64,000 nucleotides of DNA from Myxococcota bacterium (GCA_965223705.1 OZ245015.1:4096001-4160000); one strand, 5' to 3'; positions 20,696-33,026 are shown, counted from the first letter of the stretch. Notes: a model not told the origin generated them from the sequence alone. Translations and numbers: made by a program.

Positions 20696-21306
20696 TCCGG
20701 CCGCAGCTCCGGGAACAACGTGTAATCGACGATCTCGCACAGAGTGTGAAGGAGCGCGATATGCGCCTCCTGAATCCGGCCCGTGTGGTCCGACGGAACG
20801 CGGAGCGCGATTTCGACCTCGTCCCGAAGCTTCCCGCCGCTGCGCCCGGTCAAGCCGATGGTGCGCAGACCGAGCCGGCGCGCCTCGGTCACCGCGGCTA
20901 GCACGTTGCCGCTGTTTCCCGACGTGGAGATCGCGATCAACGCGTCGCCATCGCGTCCGTGCGCTTCCACCAGGCGCGCAAACACGCGGTCGAAGCCGTA
21001 GTCGTTGCCGATCGCCGTCAGATCGGAACTGTTCGCGGTGAGAGCCAAGGCGGGAAGCGCCGGACGGTCCGAAAGCAAGCGGCCGGTCCACTCCGCTGCA
21101 ACGTGCTGCGCGTCCGAGGCGGAGCCGCCGTTGCCCAACAACAGCACCTTGCCGCCCTCTTGAAACGTGCGACACAGGACGTCCGCCGCCGCGACGACCG
21201 GCTGCACCATGCCCTCGGACATCTCGGTCCGCAGCCGCGCCCCTTCCGCGAGGACGTTCCGCATGTGATTCGCTGCGTCGAAAGAACGATTCGAAATGGA
21301 GGACAC
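20692..21306 (-). CDS. gmhA: Phosphoheptose isomerase
   Basis: GNGGSASDAQH, NDYG, STSGNS, IQEAH. Confidence 0.95.
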   Translation of the reverse strand: MSSISNRSFDAANHMRNVLAEGARLRTEMSEGMVQPVVAAADVLCRTFQEGGKVLLLGNGGSASDAQHVAAEWTGRLLSDRPALPALALTANSSDLTAIGNDYGFDRVFARLVEAHGRDGDALIAISTSGNSGNVLAAVTEARRLGLRTIGLTGRSGGKLRDEVEIALRVPSDHTGRIQEAHIALLHTLCEIVDYTLFPELRPE

Positions 21307-21446
21307 CTCGAGAGAGCGCGTGGGACAAAAGTCTAGGAAACGGTCGTTCGACCCGAAACGCCGGCGGGCCGGACCACCCAGGGGGAGAGGCGACGCCTCC
21401 GGGCGGACGCTAGTGTGGGCGGACCAAACGCAGGGAGCGAGAAATC

Positions 21447-21773
21447 ATGGCCGACGTCATCGAAGTCACCGACCAGACTTTTGAAGCTGAAATCGCCAAC
21501 TCGGGCAAGCCCGCGGTGCTCGATTTTTGGGCTGAGTGGTGCGCTCCGTGCCGCGCGATCACACCGATCATCAAAGACCTCGCCGAGCAGTACGGGGATG
21601 ACGTCGTGATCGCCAAGATGAACATCGACGACAATCCGGGAACTCCGGGGAAGTTCGGCGTTCGCGCCATTCCGACGGTTTTGGCGTTCCAGGGCGGTCA
21701 GGTCGTCGAGCAGATCACCGGCGCCAAGCCGAAAGGCGCCTTCGAAGAAATGGTGAAACGACTCATCGACTAG
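21447..21773 (+). CDS. trxA: Thioredoxin
   Basis: DFWAEWCAPC, IPT; 108 aa. Confidence 0.93.
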   Translation: MADVIEVTDQTFEAEIANSGKPAVLDFWAEWCAPCRAITPIIKDLAEQYGDDVVIAKMNIDDNPGTPGKFGVRAIPTVLAFQGGQVVEQITGAKPKGAFEEMVKRLID

Positions 21774-22467
21774 AGGCGCTGCGTTCCGGCGGTTGAAAGA
21801 AGCGGACGGGCCAGTGCCGCCCGACCGCTACGCGGTAAAGCCTGGGATCGGGGTTCGTCACGACCGGGTGCCCAACGAGCTCGAGCAGCGGCAAGTCGGT
21901 AATCGAATCGGTGTAGAACGTGCTCTTGGCGAGATCGATCGATTCGTCTTCCACGAGCTGATTCAGCCAGTAGATCTTCCCTTCTTCGAAGCAGATCGGA
22001 TCGATCACGCGTCCGGTGAAGCAACCGTCCTCGACTTCGAGGCGGGTGTAGAGGATGTGTGAGATTCCGAGCCGCTCGGCGAGCGGGCGCACGACGAACT
22101 TCGTCGCGCCGGACACGATGGCGACGACGTCGCCGGCCTCTTGATGTTGGCGAACCAGCGCGACCGCCTCCGGGTAGAGGGTGTCGACGACGCATTCCTC
22201 GAACCAGGCGGCCGCATCGGCTGCGAGTTCCGCTTCGCGGAGGCCGCGGAACTGCAACAGCGCTTCCTCCGTCCACGCGTGAATATCGAGGAGGCCGACT
22301 TTGTACTGGAGATACGCGCGCAGGCCGGAGAGCATTTCCCAACGACTGACCTCGCCGCGCTCATAGCGGTACTTCATGTACAACGTGCCGGAGTTCTCGC
22401 AGATGAGCGTCTTGTCCATGTCGAAGAACGCTCCGGCCCGGGGACGACCGTTCTCTCGGTGCGACAT
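21763..22467 (-). CDS. HAD-IB family phosphatase
   Basis: FFDMDKTL, IVSG, YTDSITDLPLL. Confidence 0.88.
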   Translation of the reverse strand: MSHRENGRPRAGAFFDMDKTLICENSGTLYMKYRYERGEVSRWEMLSGLRAYLQYKVGLLDIHAWTEEALLQFRGLREAELAADAAAWFEECVVDTLYPEAVALVRQHQEAGDVVAIVSGATKFVVRPLAERLGISHILYTRLEVEDGCFTGRVIDPICFEEGKIYWLNQLVEDESIDLAKSTFYTDSITDLPLLELVGHPVVTNPDPRLYRVAVGRHWPVRFFQPPERSASSR

Positions 22468-22468
22468 C

Positions 22469-23578
22469 TCAGAAAATGTAGCGGCGCATCGAGATGTTGA
22501 TCAGAAAACCGAGCCCGATCAACGCGGCGAGCAGAGCGGACCCTCCGTAGGAGAACAACGGGAGCGGCACGCCGATCACCGGCGCGAGACCGAGCACCAT
22601 GGCGATGTTCATGACGGCCGGCCAGAACAGGACACCCACCACGCCGACGGCGAGCATGGCCCCGAACGTATCCTTCGCGTTGCGGGCCACGACGAGCCCC
22701 CACAGCAGGACCCCGGTGTAGAGCAATAACGTCGTGCCCGCCCCGACGAAGCCCCACTCTTCCGCCAGAACCGAGAAGACGAAGTCCGAGTGCTGGGTCG
22801 GTAGAAACTGCAGCTGCGTTTGCGTCCCTTCGAGGTAGCCGCGACCGAAAAGGCCGCCGGAGCCGATCGCGATCTTGCTCTGGATCGCTTGATACCCCGA
22901 GGACAGCGGATCGCGGCTGGGATCGAGGAAGTCCAGAATTCGATCCCGCTGGTAGTCGCGAAGGGCGAACTGCCAGAGCCCGGCCATCCCCGCGATCCCC
23001 GCCAGCAGGATGACGACCCAGACGCCCATGGGGATGCGCAGGAACGGGAGATAGGTCGCGGCGATGAGGGCCGTGAGTACGGCGACACCGAGGTCGCGCT
23101 GCAAGACGATGATCGCCACCGGGAGGATCGCGATCATCGTCGGAACGAAAAGCTCGCGGACGCGGATCGCCTGGGTCGGCGGGTGATTGTGGAAATAGCG
23201 CGCCATCGCGATGATGAGACCGATCTTCGCGAGCTCGGCGGGTTGCAAGCTGAAGGGGCCGTAGATCAACCAGGAACGGTTGCCCCGCGTGACCGGAGCC
23301 AACACGAGCGTCGAGGCCAGCAAGATCAAGGTGGCGATAAAGATCGGGGTCGCCAAGCGTTCGAGCTTTCGATAGTCGACGAACGCGGCGACGCTGAACG
23401 CGACGGCTGCGACACCGAGGGCCATGAGCTGACGTCGAAACTCCGGTGCCATGCCGTCGCTCGCGCCCGCTGCAGTCGCGGAGTACAAGTTCGCGAGACC
23501 GATGCAGACGAGCAGCAGGATCCACCCGAACAGCAACCAGTCGAAATGCTGGATGGAGCGGCGATCAATCGCGACCAC
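22469..23578 (-). CDS. rodA: Peptidoglycan glycosyltransferase RodA
   Basis: QPAELAK, GYQ..QS.IAIGSGG, HSDF, SYGGS. Confidence 0.96.
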   Translation of the reverse strand: MVAIDRRSIQHFDWLLFGWILLLVCIGLANLYSATAAGASDGMAPEFRRQLMALGVAAVAFSVAAFVDYRKLERLATPIFIATLILLASTLVLAPVTRGNRSWLIYGPFSLQPAELAKIGLIIAMARYFHNHPPTQAIRVRELFVPTMIAILPVAIIVLQRDLGVAVLTALIAATYLPFLRIPMGVWVVILLAGIAGMAGLWQFALRDYQRDRILDFLDPSRDPLSSGYQAIQSKIAIGSGGLFGRGYLEGTQTQLQFLPTQHSDFVFSVLAEEWGFVGAGTTLLLYTGVLLWGLVVARNAKDTFGAMLAVGVVGVLFWPAVMNIAMVLGLAPVIGVPLPLFSYGGSALLAALIGLGFLINISMRRYIF

Positions 23579-25466
23579 GGTGCGTTCCTTCGGCGACCTG
23601 CACTTCGTCGAGAGCGTCTCGGGCGTTCTTCTTGTCGAAGTAGCGTTTCAAGATGCGAGCCGCGATGGGTGCCGCGGCGGAACTCCCGTGAAGACCGTGC
23701 TCGACGAAAACGCCCACGGCGATCTCCGGCGCCTCAACGGGCGCAAACGCGCCGAACCACGCGTGATCGCGGTACCGGACCGGAATGTCCGTCTCTTCCT
23801 CGAAACTCTCGGTCTTGTCGAGCCGTACCACCTGCGCGGTGCCGGTTTTCCCCGCGACGCGAACACCGTCGATCCGGGCGCGGCCGCCGGTCCCGCGCGG
23901 TTCGCCGACCACCGCCTCGAGACCGCGGACCACCAACGCCAGGTGCTCCGCGGATACCGGAACCTCCCCGACGCGTTCGGGATCGGTCTTCGACACGAGC
24001 TCGCCGTCGTTGGTCTCTTCACGCAACAGAATTCGCGGCTTCCAGACCACGCCGCCGTTCGCGATCGCGGCGTAGGACTGCGCGAGTTGGAGCGGAGTCA
24101 TCAGGTTGTAGCCCTGCCCGATCGAGGCCGAGACCGTCTCGCCGGGGTACCACGGCTGTGAGAAGCGTTGTTCTTTCCAAGTCGAGCTGGGGACCAAGCC
24201 GGTCGCCTCTTGCCCGAGAAGGAGCCCCGGTCGACGACCCAGGCCGAAGCCCTTCGCATAGTGAGCGAGGCGATCGATTCCGAGCTTCACCCCGTAGGTG
24301 TAGAAAAAGACGTCGCACGATTCTTTGAGCGCGCGTTTGAGATCGACCCATCCGTGCCCGGGCCGTTTCCAGCAGCGGTAGTTGCGACGGCCGAAACGGA
24401 AATGACCGGGGCAGAATACTTTCGACTCGGAATCGACGATGCCGTCTTCCAACAAGGCCGCGGCGACGAAGGCCTTGTAGGTCGAGCCCGGCGGATAGTG
24501 CGTTTGCGTCGCCCGGTTCTGGAGCGGCTCCCATTCATCGTTGCTGAGCGCCTCCCACGTATCGGCGTCGATGCCCCCCGCGAACGCGTTCGGGTCGTAA
24601 CCGGGGCGCGACACCATCGCCAAGATGTCACCGTTGCGGACGTCGATCGCGACGGCGGCGCCGGGTTTCAGTTCGCCGTCGGGCCTCGGCGCGAACGCTT
24701 CTTCGGCTTCGCGTTGCAGGTCGAGATCGAGCGTGAGGATCAGGCGCCCGCCGCGAACCGCCGGGATCTCGTCGACCACCTCGACCGTTCGTCCGGCCGC
24801 GTCGACGACGACGTTGCGACCGCCGGCGCGGCCTCGCAGATGCGATTGGAAACGACTCTCGAGGCCCGACTGTCCGATCACTTCGCCCGGGCGGTAGTCG
24901 GCGAAGACTTCCCGTGCGAGCTGATCCGCCCGAACTTCGCCGATGGACCCGAGCAGGTGAGCCGCCATCGCTCCACTCGGATAGTGGCGACGAGGTTGCA
25001 CGGCGGTGGTGATGCCGGGCAAGGCATACAGGTGAGCCTCGACGCGCGCCAACACGTCGAAGGGGAGATCGTCGACCAGGAGCACTTGTTGGTGTCGCTT
25101 GCGCCGGCCCAAGCTCTCGATGCGTTCGCGAAACCACTCGGGATCGCGGTCCGTCAGCTGGGCCAGCACGCGGAACGTTCGGTCGGGGCGGCGCATGTCC
25201 GACGGAACGGCCCACAGCCCGAACGACGGACGCGTCGTGGCGAGAATGCGACCCTCGCGGTCGAACACTTCCCCGCGCGGCGCCTCGAGGCGCAGCGTGC
25301 GAATCGAGTTCTGCTCCGAACGACGCTGCAAGACTTCGCCTTCGACAATCTGCAACTGGAACAGACGCACGCCGAACACGGAGAACACAGCGACGATCAC
25401 CACGGCGCAGAAAACCAGGCGGCCTTGGAGAACCACTTCCGGACCTTGCCCGAGCATTCGATTCAT
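23565..25466 (-). CDS. mrdA: Penicillin-binding protein 2
   Basis: PGSTYK, SCD, KTGTAQ; mre operon context. Confidence 0.95.
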   Translation of the reverse strand: MNRMLGQGPEVVLQGRLVFCAVVIVAVFSVFGVRLFQLQIVEGEVLQRRSEQNSIRTLRLEAPRGEVFDREGRILATTRPSFGLWAVPSDMRRPDRTFRVLAQLTDRDPEWFRERIESLGRRKRHQQVLLVDDLPFDVLARVEAHLYALPGITTAVQPRRHYPSGAMAAHLLGSIGEVRADQLAREVFADYRPGEVIGQSGLESRFQSHLRGRAGGRNVVVDAAGRTVEVVDEIPAVRGGRLILTLDLDLQREAEEAFAPRPDGELKPGAAVAIDVRNGDILAMVSRPGYDPNAFAGGIDADTWEALSNDEWEPLQNRATQTHYPPGSTYKAFVAAALLEDGIVDSESKVFCPGHFRFGRRNYRCWKRPGHGWVDLKRALKESCDVFFYTYGVKLGIDRLAHYAKGFGLGRRPGLLLGQEATGLVPSSTWKEQRFSQPWYPGETVSASIGQGYNLMTPLQLAQSYAAIANGGVVWKPRILLREETNDGELVSKTDPERVGEVPVSAEHLALVVRGLEAVVGEPRGTGGRARIDGVRVAGKTGTAQVVRLDKTESFEEETDIPVRYRDHAWFGAFAPVEAPEIAVGVFVEHGLHGSSAAAPIAARILKRYFDKKNARDALDEVQVAEGTHRGRD

Positions 25467-25476
25467 GGGCGGGCGC

Positions 25477-26013
25477 TCAACGCCGATCCGACTTCGCGTC
25501 GATGCGTACGGCGCGGCGTGTTTCGCGTTCGTTGATCGATGCCAACACCGCCGCGCAGGTCGAAGAGACGAGCGGAGCGAAACCGGCGTTCACCAGGGCG
25601 CGAATGCCGAGATCGTGCGCAACACCGAGGTCGAGGGGGAAGCGGCCGCCAAAAAGCGCGGCCAGTCCTGCCGTTCCCGCAGCATCGGCGACCGACAGGA
25701 TCAGCACGAAGAACGCCAGCGCCAGCGGGCGCGCCAGGTGAAACTGCATGCCGACCACGGCGGTCGCGGCAAAGGCCAGCATTCGAAGCAGAGCGTGGTG
25801 GCCGGCCGGCGCTCCGGACAACATGTCGGCTCCGTAGCCCGCCACGAATGCCAGGCTCAGCCCCAAGATGGGTTCTACGTACAGGGCGGCAGCGACAACC
25901 AGGAGAAGAGCCAGATCGGGCACGTACGCCGAGGGTAAGACCGACGAGACCGCGCTCTGGAGAATCAAGGCCGAGATCGCCAAAAACAGAAGCGCGACCG
26001 CCCGCCGGATCAC
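25477..26013 (-). CDS. mreD: Rod shape-determining protein MreD
   Basis: Hydrophobic, PDL..., G...D..SG; lies between mreC and mrdA. Confidence 0.85.
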   Translation of the reverse strand: MIRRAVALLFLAISALILQSAVSSVLPSAYVPDLALLLVVAAALYVEPILGLSLAFVAGYGADMLSGAPAGHHALLRMLAFAATAVVGMQFHLARPLALAFFVLILSVADAAGTAGLAALFGGRFPLDLGVAHDLGIRALVNAGFAPLVSSTCAAVLASINERETRRAVRIDAKSDRR

Positions 26014-26921
26014 GGAACGTTGCCCGCCGGATTCGTACGCGACAGTTCGGACGCGAGGTCGCCCTCGCCCTCGTACAAGAGCTGCATTGTCGGACCGCGC
26101 CGCTTCATCACGAACACCTGTTCGAGGCGACCGAAATCCACCGACGGTTTGACACTCGCGGTGTGCACCAACTGATCGTCGGCGAGCTGCACGGCCTCGA
26201 TCTCTCCGATGCGAAGACCTTTCGGATAAGCGCCGTCGAGGCCCGACGTCACGATGACATCACCGACTTCGACGTCGTCACCTCGGACCATGAGCACGAA
26301 CTCGAGTTCTCCGGTGCCGAGCCCGCGGACGATGCCCCGCGCGCGACTGCGTTGCGTGATTCCGGAGACGGCGCTCTGGCGATCGAGCAGGAGCATTACG
26401 CGGCCCGTGCGCGGCGACGTCGCCGTCACGATTCCGACCAACCCGGAATCCGCGACCACGGGCATCCCGGACCGCACTTCGCCGATGCTGCCCCGCTGCA
26501 GCAACACCGAGCGGAACCACGGGGAAACGTCCTGGCCGACGATTTCGGAAGGCAGCAATGGAATGTCGAAGTCTTCGCGCATTTCGACGATGCGTTGCAG
26601 GTGCCCGCTCGCGACGAGCGCTTCGCGGTACTGGAGCGCTTCTTCTTGGAGCAGGGCAATGCGCTGCTTCAAGCGTTCGTTCTCCGCGCCGAGGTCGACG
26701 AGCGCGACGTAGCGGCGCCAGGCATCGGTCGTCGCACGAACCGGAAGGGTCAGCACCTTCTGGATCGGGACCGCGATCTCGAACAGAACGCCCCGGATCC
26801 AACTTCGGTCTTCCGCATCTTCGCCGCTGGGCGCGCGCTCCTTCACCATCGACACCAGCGTCAGTGTCACGAGGAACGCAAAAAGCGCCGGCAGGCGAAT
26901 CCTCAGCAGAAATTCGCGCAT
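26010..26921 (-). CDS. mreC: Rod shape-determining protein MreC
   Basis: TM, coiled coil ENERLK, VTSGLDG.YPKG. Confidence 0.93.
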   Translation of the reverse strand: MREFLLRIRLPALFAFLVTLTLVSMVKERAPSGEDAEDRSWIRGVLFEIAVPIQKVLTLPVRATTDAWRRYVALVDLGAENERLKQRIALLQEEALQYREALVASGHLQRIVEMREDFDIPLLPSEIVGQDVSPWFRSVLLQRGSIGEVRSGMPVVADSGLVGIVTATSPRTGRVMLLLDRQSAVSGITQRSRARGIVRGLGTGELEFVLMVRGDDVEVGDVIVTSGLDGAYPKGLRIGEIEAVQLADDQLVHTASVKPSVDFGRLEQVFVMKRRGPTMQLLYEGEGDLASELSRTNPAGNVP

Positions 26922-26942
26922 ATCCGCCGTTCTAGGGGGCCG

Positions 26943-28097
<1,155 letters not shown>

Positions 28098-28140
28098 TCA
28101 GCCTACCAACCCCGCGGGTGAGGATCAAGCAAAACACGGG

Positions 28141-28168
28141 TTGACGCGTTTCGCGAGCCAATTAGTTT
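28141..28168 (+). promoter_or_regulatory. Putative sigma70 promoter for the PpiD-like gene
   Basis: TTGACG-N16-TAGTTT. Confidence 0.45.
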
Positions 28169-28226
28169 CGCTCCTCCTTTCCGGCGGCGTTGCAGCCGAT
28201 AAAGTGTTTTTCACCAGGAGGGCTCG

Positions 28227-29723
28227 ATGCTCCGCGTGTTGCGAGAAGGTCAACGTTGGCTGCTGTGGCTGGTCATCATTGGCGTGGGCGGTGTATTCGC
28301 CTTCACGTTCGGCGTAGGTGGTAGCTTTTCGCCCCAGGCGGGCGTGTCCGACGCCGTGTTTGTCGCCGGCCGTTCTTTCAATGGCCGCGACTTCGAGCGC
28401 ATCCGCGACGCGCAAATCCGCTCCTATCGCGAGCAGTACGGGCCGGCGGTGGAGCAGTTCGTCAAGAGCGGCCGCTTCGAACAAATGGCGGCCGACACGT
28501 TGGTACGCGTCGGCGTGCTCGCGTCGGAAGCCGAGCGTCTGGGAATGACCGCCAGCGACGCCGAGGTGCGCGACTACTTGCGCGACTCCCTCGGCGGCGG
28601 CGAGGTCCTCGACCGGGATGCGGTCACTCAATTCGCCCAGCGCGAGTACGGAAGCCTCCGCAGGCTGCAAGAGCGTCTACGCGACGAACTTCTCTCGAAC
28701 AAGCTGTCCCGGGTATTGCGCCGGAGTGTCTCCGTCAGTGACGCCGACGTCCGCGACGCGCTTCGCTATGCGGAGCAGGAGCTCGATATCGCGTGGATCG
28801 GTTTCGATCAGAGCAAGCTGCCGGAAGGAACGGTGCTCTCCGACGCCGAGGTCGAGAAATTTATCGAGGAGAACGCCGCTCGGATCAAAGAATCCTACGA
28901 AGCGCGCATCGACAGCTTCGACCTTCCGGAACGCGTGCGCGCGAAGCACATCCTGCTGACCGCTCCCCAAGGCGAAGAAGAACGGGCGGAAGTCCGCAAG
29001 CAGATCGAGGCGGTACGCGAGCGGATCGTCGGCGGAGAGGCCTTCGAAGACGTCGCGCGAGAAGTTTCGCAAGACCCGGGCTCCGGGAAGCGGGGCGGAG
29101 ATCTCGGCGAGTTCCGCCGCGGCACGATGGTGCCGGCCTTCGATGAGGCGGCCTTTTCCCTCGAGCCCGGTGTGCTGAGCGAGCCGGTCGAAAGCGACTA
29201 CGGATTCCATCTGATCCGGGTCGACGAAAAACTGCCTCCTGAGGTGGTCCCCCTCGAGGAAGCCCAGGATCGGATCGCCCGCGAGCTCCTCGAGTTCGAA
29301 CGCGCCAGAGCGGACGCGGAAGAAGCGTCGGAACAGCTCCTCGAGGACATCCGTTCTGGCAAGAGCCTCACGGAGGCAACGCGCGATCGCGGCCTCACCC
29401 TCGAGCGGCCGGCTCCCCTCCGGAGAAACAACCCCATCGAAGGGCTCGGCTCCGCGGTCGAGCTCGTCGAAGCCCTCTTCGCGCGTGGTGACGTCGGTTC
29501 GCTGAACCAGGTCTTCGACGTGGCGAGCCAGAAGGTGCTGGTCGAGGTCCTCGACCGGCGCATTCCGAGCGACGAGGAACTCGCCGTGAGTTTCGACGAG
29601 ACGCGGGGGCAGATGCTCCGCGACCGGCAGAACTCATTCGAGATCGCGTGGATCGACCAGCGTCGGCAGGAACTTGCCGATGCCGGGCAGCTCTACATCA
29701 ACCCGGAAATGCTCGAGCCCTAG
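28227..29723 (+). CDS. PpiD-like membrane-anchored parvulin PPIase/chaperone
   Basis: N-terminal TM, SurA_N region, RAKHILL...SQDPGS..RGGDLG...GFHLI. Confidence 0.88.
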   Translation: MLRVLREGQRWLLWLVIIGVGGVFAFTFGVGGSFSPQAGVSDAVFVAGRSFNGRDFERIRDAQIRSYREQYGPAVEQFVKSGRFEQMAADTLVRVGVLASEAERLGMTASDAEVRDYLRDSLGGGEVLDRDAVTQFAQREYGSLRRLQERLRDELLSNKLSRVLRRSVSVSDADVRDALRYAEQELDIAWIGFDQSKLPEGTVLSDAEVEKFIEENAARIKESYEARIDSFDLPERVRAKHILLTAPQGEEERAEVRKQIEAVRERIVGGEAFEDVAREVSQDPGSGKRGGDLGEFRRGTMVPAFDEAAFSLEPGVLSEPVESDYGFHLIRVDEKLPPEVVPLEEAQDRIARELLEFERARADAEEASEQLLEDIRSGKSLTEATRDRGLTLERPAPLRRNNPIEGLGSAVELVEALFARGDVGSLNQVFDVASQKVLVEVLDRRIPSDEELAVSFDETRGQMLRDRQNSFEIAWIDQRRQELADAGQLYINPEMLEP

Positions 29724-29744
29724 GAAGCGGCCGGCCACACCCGT

Positions 29745-31319
29745 CTACAGCGTGTGGCCGTCTTCCCCGTAGACGAACGCTTCGAGCCGTTCGCGATACT
29801 CGGAATGGCGCAGCTTCGCGAGAGCCCTTGCCTCGAGCTGCCGCACCCGCTCACGCGAGAGACCGAGCTTGCCACCGATCTCCTCGAGCGTGTGCTCGCG
29901 CTCGCCTTTGAGACCGAAGCGCCAGCGCAGAATGCTGCGTTCACGCTCGCAAAGCTGCCCGATCGAGTCGTCCGACGCGCGTTCGAGTCGAGAGTGATCG
30001 AGACCCGCGAGCGGCGAAACCGGGTTCAAGTCCGCGACGATGTCTTTCACCTTCTTCGAGTCCGTGCCGGGCACTTCCTTCTCGAGGCTCACCGGCTCCC
30101 GCACCATGCGTTGCAGCTGCTCGGCGCGCTCTTCCTCGATCCCCATATCCTCGGCGATCTCGCGCGTGGTCGGGTCGCGACCGAGCTTCTTCTCGAGCGC
30201 GTTGTAGGAGCGGTAGTACTTGAGCAGCGTGTCGTGCACGTGACTCGGGATGCGAATGGTTCGCGAGTGGTTCTGGATCGCGCGGATCAACGCCTGGCGA
30301 ATCCACCAAACCGCATACGTCGAGAACTTGTGTCCGCGCTGATACTCGAACTTTTCTACCGCCCGGATCAGACCGATGTTGCCTTCCTGGATGAGATCCT
30401 GGAACGCGATGCCCATGTTGCGGAAGTCTTTCGCAATCGCCACGACGAGCTTCAGGTTGTGCTGCACGAAGGTGTTCTTCACCTCCGACAGTCGCTCGAA
30501 GGCGTCTTCCGCCAGACCCAGCTGGTCGAGAAACGCCTGGGGCTCCATGCCAATTTCGTATTCGACACCGGCCAAGCGGTGCTCGGCCGTCGCGAGATCG
30601 TCTTCGCGTCGCTTGCGCGCCTGTTCGGTTCGCACGATCCGCTTCGGTGACTTGAGTCGAGAGATCGTCCGCATCTCGCGCTTGACGTAGCGGCGCTTGG
30701 CCAGGAGTTCGCGACGCATGCGTCCGAGAAGCTGCATCGAGAGATCCGCTTCCTTGAGCACACGCGCGGCACGCTTTTCAGTGCGCAGCACCGCTTCGGT
30801 GCGCCCGGCCTCGAGGTGAGCCTCCCGCGTCTGGAGCAGGTTCTCGATCTTCTGCAGGGACGCGTCGACGCGCGCTCCGAGATCTTCGCCCTCCGGTGAG
30901 CCGCTCCCGAAGGACTCGCACATCTTCCCCGTCGCGCGGTTCTCCGCGCGGAGGTTGTTCCAGATGCGCACCGCTTCCTTCGCGCTCCAGGGAATGGCGA
31001 TCATGTTCTCGCGAAACGAAAGCGTCGCCGCCTCGATCTCCTTCGCCAACATGACTTCCTCTTCCTTCTTCAAGGTCGGGATGTCGGCGATGTCGCGGAA
31101 ATACGAAACCAGCGACCCGCGGTCGCTCGAACGCTCGGGCTCACCGGTCGTGTTGAGGCGCTTCGGGTCGACCGAGAGCTTCTTCGTGTTTGCCGCCGCG
31201 CTGCGCGCCGCTTGAGCGTCGGTGTCGGTGCCGACCTCGACGCCTGAATTCTTGCGGAGGCCGCGCTTCGCGCGGGTTTTCGTGGCTCGCTTGCGCTCCG
31301 CGGGTTTATCCGAAATCAA
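29745..31319 (-). CDS. RpoD/RpoS-family sigma70 factor lacking region 1.1
   Basis: Region 1.2, [22 protein letters not shown], region 4 [19 protein letters not shown] start after GGGAAGGGGA. Confidence 0.9.
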   Translation of the reverse strand: MISDKPAERKRATKTRAKRGLRKNSGVEVGTDTDAQAARSAAANTKKLSVDPKRLNTTGEPERSSDRGSLVSYFRDIADIPTLKKEEEVMLAKEIEAATLSFRENMIAIPWSAKEAVRIWNNLRAENRATGKMCESFGSGSPEGEDLGARVDASLQKIENLLQTREAHLEAGRTEAVLRTEKRAARVLKEADLSMQLLGRMRRELLAKRRYVKREMRTISRLKSPKRIVRTEQARKRREDDLATAEHRLAGVEYEIGMEPQAFLDQLGLAEDAFERLSEVKNTFVQHNLKLVVAIAKDFRNMGIAFQDLIQEGNIGLIRAVEKFEYQRGHKFSTYAVWWIRQALIRAIQNHSRTIRIPSHVHDTLLKYYRSYNALEKKLGRDPTTREIAEDMGIEEERAEQLQRMVREPVSLEKEVPGTDSKKVKDIVADLNPVSPLAGLDHSRLERASDDSIGQLCERERSILRWRFGLKGEREHTLEEIGGKLGLSRERVRQLEARALAKLRHSEYRERLEAFVYGEDGHTL

Positions 31320-31634
31320 TGTGTGTCCCCTTCCCAACCGCACGGCGGTCGGCCTCTCTCGTTCGGGTGACTGCGACCGAGCGCCCTTCTTGGGCGGAGT
31401 CGCGCGTCCCGGTTACTTCACAGGGGGGCTGTGAACCTCGCGCCGGACCTGAAGAGTTGGAACCCGCAGCGCCGCTTGAGTTGCGACGCGCTGCATCAAG
31501 GTCGAGAAAAACTAGCCCTCGACCCAAAATTCCGTTTATCGACAGCGACCTACAGCGCTTCCTGCAACACCTCCGCGGGCCTGGGTATCGACTCGTGGGG
31601 GTTCAGGGGGGTCTCCCCGCTAGAGGGGCTCAAC

Positions 31635-31657
31635 CAGCCGTAGCTCAGCTACGGCTG
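31635..31657. repeat. Perfect 11-1-11 palindrome upstream of the sigma gene
   Basis: CAGCCGTAGCT-C-AGCTACGGCTG. Confidence 0.8.
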
Positions 31658-31781
31658 TATTGCCACCACCCCGCTCAAAAAAGATGAAAATCTGCGTTCG
31701 CGTGATTCCCGTGAGAAAACGAGGCAATAGGCGATCGACGGCTTTTTGTGCGCCGCGTCACAGGTCGCCCGGTCCTTGCGG

Positions 31782-32357
31782 CTAGGCGAAAGATTGCTTC
31801 GTGTGGCGGATGAGCTCCATGAACTCGGCTCGGGTCTTGGGATCTTCCTGGAAGGCGCCGCGCATTGAGCTCGTCACGGCAAACGAGTTCTGCTGCTCGA
31901 CCCCGCGCATCATCATGCAGAGATGGATCGACTCCACGACCACCCCGACACCACGCGGATTCAGGACGCTTTCGAGGGTTTCCGCGACCTGCATCGTGAG
32001 GCGCTCCTGGACTTGGAGCCTCCGGGAGAACATCTCCACCAGACGGGGAATCTTCGATAGACCGACGACCTTCCCGTTCGGGATATAGGCCACGTGGGCG
32101 CGGCCGAAAAACGGGAGCATGTGATGCTCGCAGAGGCTGTAGAACCCGATGTCCTTCACCAGCACCATCTCGTCGTAGGAGACTTCGAACAGCGCGTTGT
32201 TGAGGATCGAAACCGGGTCCTGCCCGTAGCCACTCGTGAGGAAGCGCATCGACTTCGCGACCCGAGACGGCGTGCGCTGCAGCCCGTCTCGGTCGGGGTC
32301 CTCTCCGAGCTCCGTCAAGACCTCCCGAACGTAACTTTCGATGGAATCGCTACTCAC
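31782..32357 (-). CDS. folE: GTP cyclohydrolase I
   Basis: [27 protein letters not shown]. Confidence 0.97.
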   Translation of the reverse strand: MSSDSIESYVREVLTELGEDPDRDGLQRTPSRVAKSMRFLTSGYGQDPVSILNNALFEVSYDEMVLVKDIGFYSLCEHHMLPFFGRAHVAYIPNGKVVGLSKIPRLVEMFSRRLQVQERLTMQVAETLESVLNPRGVGVVVESIHLCMMMRGVEQQNSFAVTSSMRGAFQEDPKTRAEFMELIRHTKQSFA

Positions 32358-32423
32358 GGGCCCTCCCGGCAAAGGTTCCGAGAGTGCAACGCCTAGGCGC
32401 CCGATTCAAGCGCGGGACGCCGG

Positions 32424-33026
32424 TCAGTATTTGCGGAGGAGGCCGCGGACGACCCCGCGGATCGTCACTTCCGAAGCGTGGAGTTCGATGGGGCGCAGTG
32501 CCCGATTGGCGGGCTCGAGGGTCACCTTGTTGCCGCGCTTGAAGAACTTCTTCAGCGTCGCCTCACTGTCGCGCACGAGGGCGACGACGGTTTGGCCGTT
32601 TCTCGCTTGGCTCGTGCTCTCGACGACCACGAAATCGCCGCTCTGGATATGCTCCTCGATCATCGAATCGCCTCGCACCTCCAGGGCAAACGTCTCCGAG
32701 GGTCGGTGCACCATTTCCCGCGGCACCGACAAGGTCTCCTGCACTTCGATCGCCTCGATCGGCGCGCCGGCGGCCACCAAGCCGAGCAGCGGGATTTCCA
32801 TGGTGCTGTCTGCCGAGCGCTGAATCGGCTCGACAGAACGCGAGTGATTCCACGACTTGCGCAGATAGCCCTTCGCAACGAGGTGGTGGATGTGCTTGTG
32901 TACGGTCGCGACGGATGACAGCCCGAAGTGTTCGCCGATCTCCTTGAGACTCGGCGAATACCCTCGGTCGGCTACAAAGTCACGGATGTAGTCGAAGATT
33001 TCGTGCTGTCGTCGTGTAAGCGCCAC
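32424..33026 (-). CDS. lexA: SOS repressor LexA
   Basis: Winged HTH, VAAG.P cleavage site, GDSM serine, TLKK lysine. Confidence 0.97.
   Translation of the reverse strand: MALTRRQHEIFDYIRDFVADRGYSPSLKEIGEHFGLSSVATVHKHIHHLVAKGYLRKSWNHSRSVEPIQRSADSTMEIPLLGLVAAGAPIEAIEVQETLSVPREMVHRPSETFALEVRGDSMIEEHIQSGDFVVVESTSQARNGQTVVALVRDSEATLKKFFKRGNKVTLEPANRALRPIELHASEVTIRGVVRGLLRKY

Noticed and set aside
21447..21773. Thioredoxin active site WCAPC instead of WCGPC
   Set aside because: Common variant
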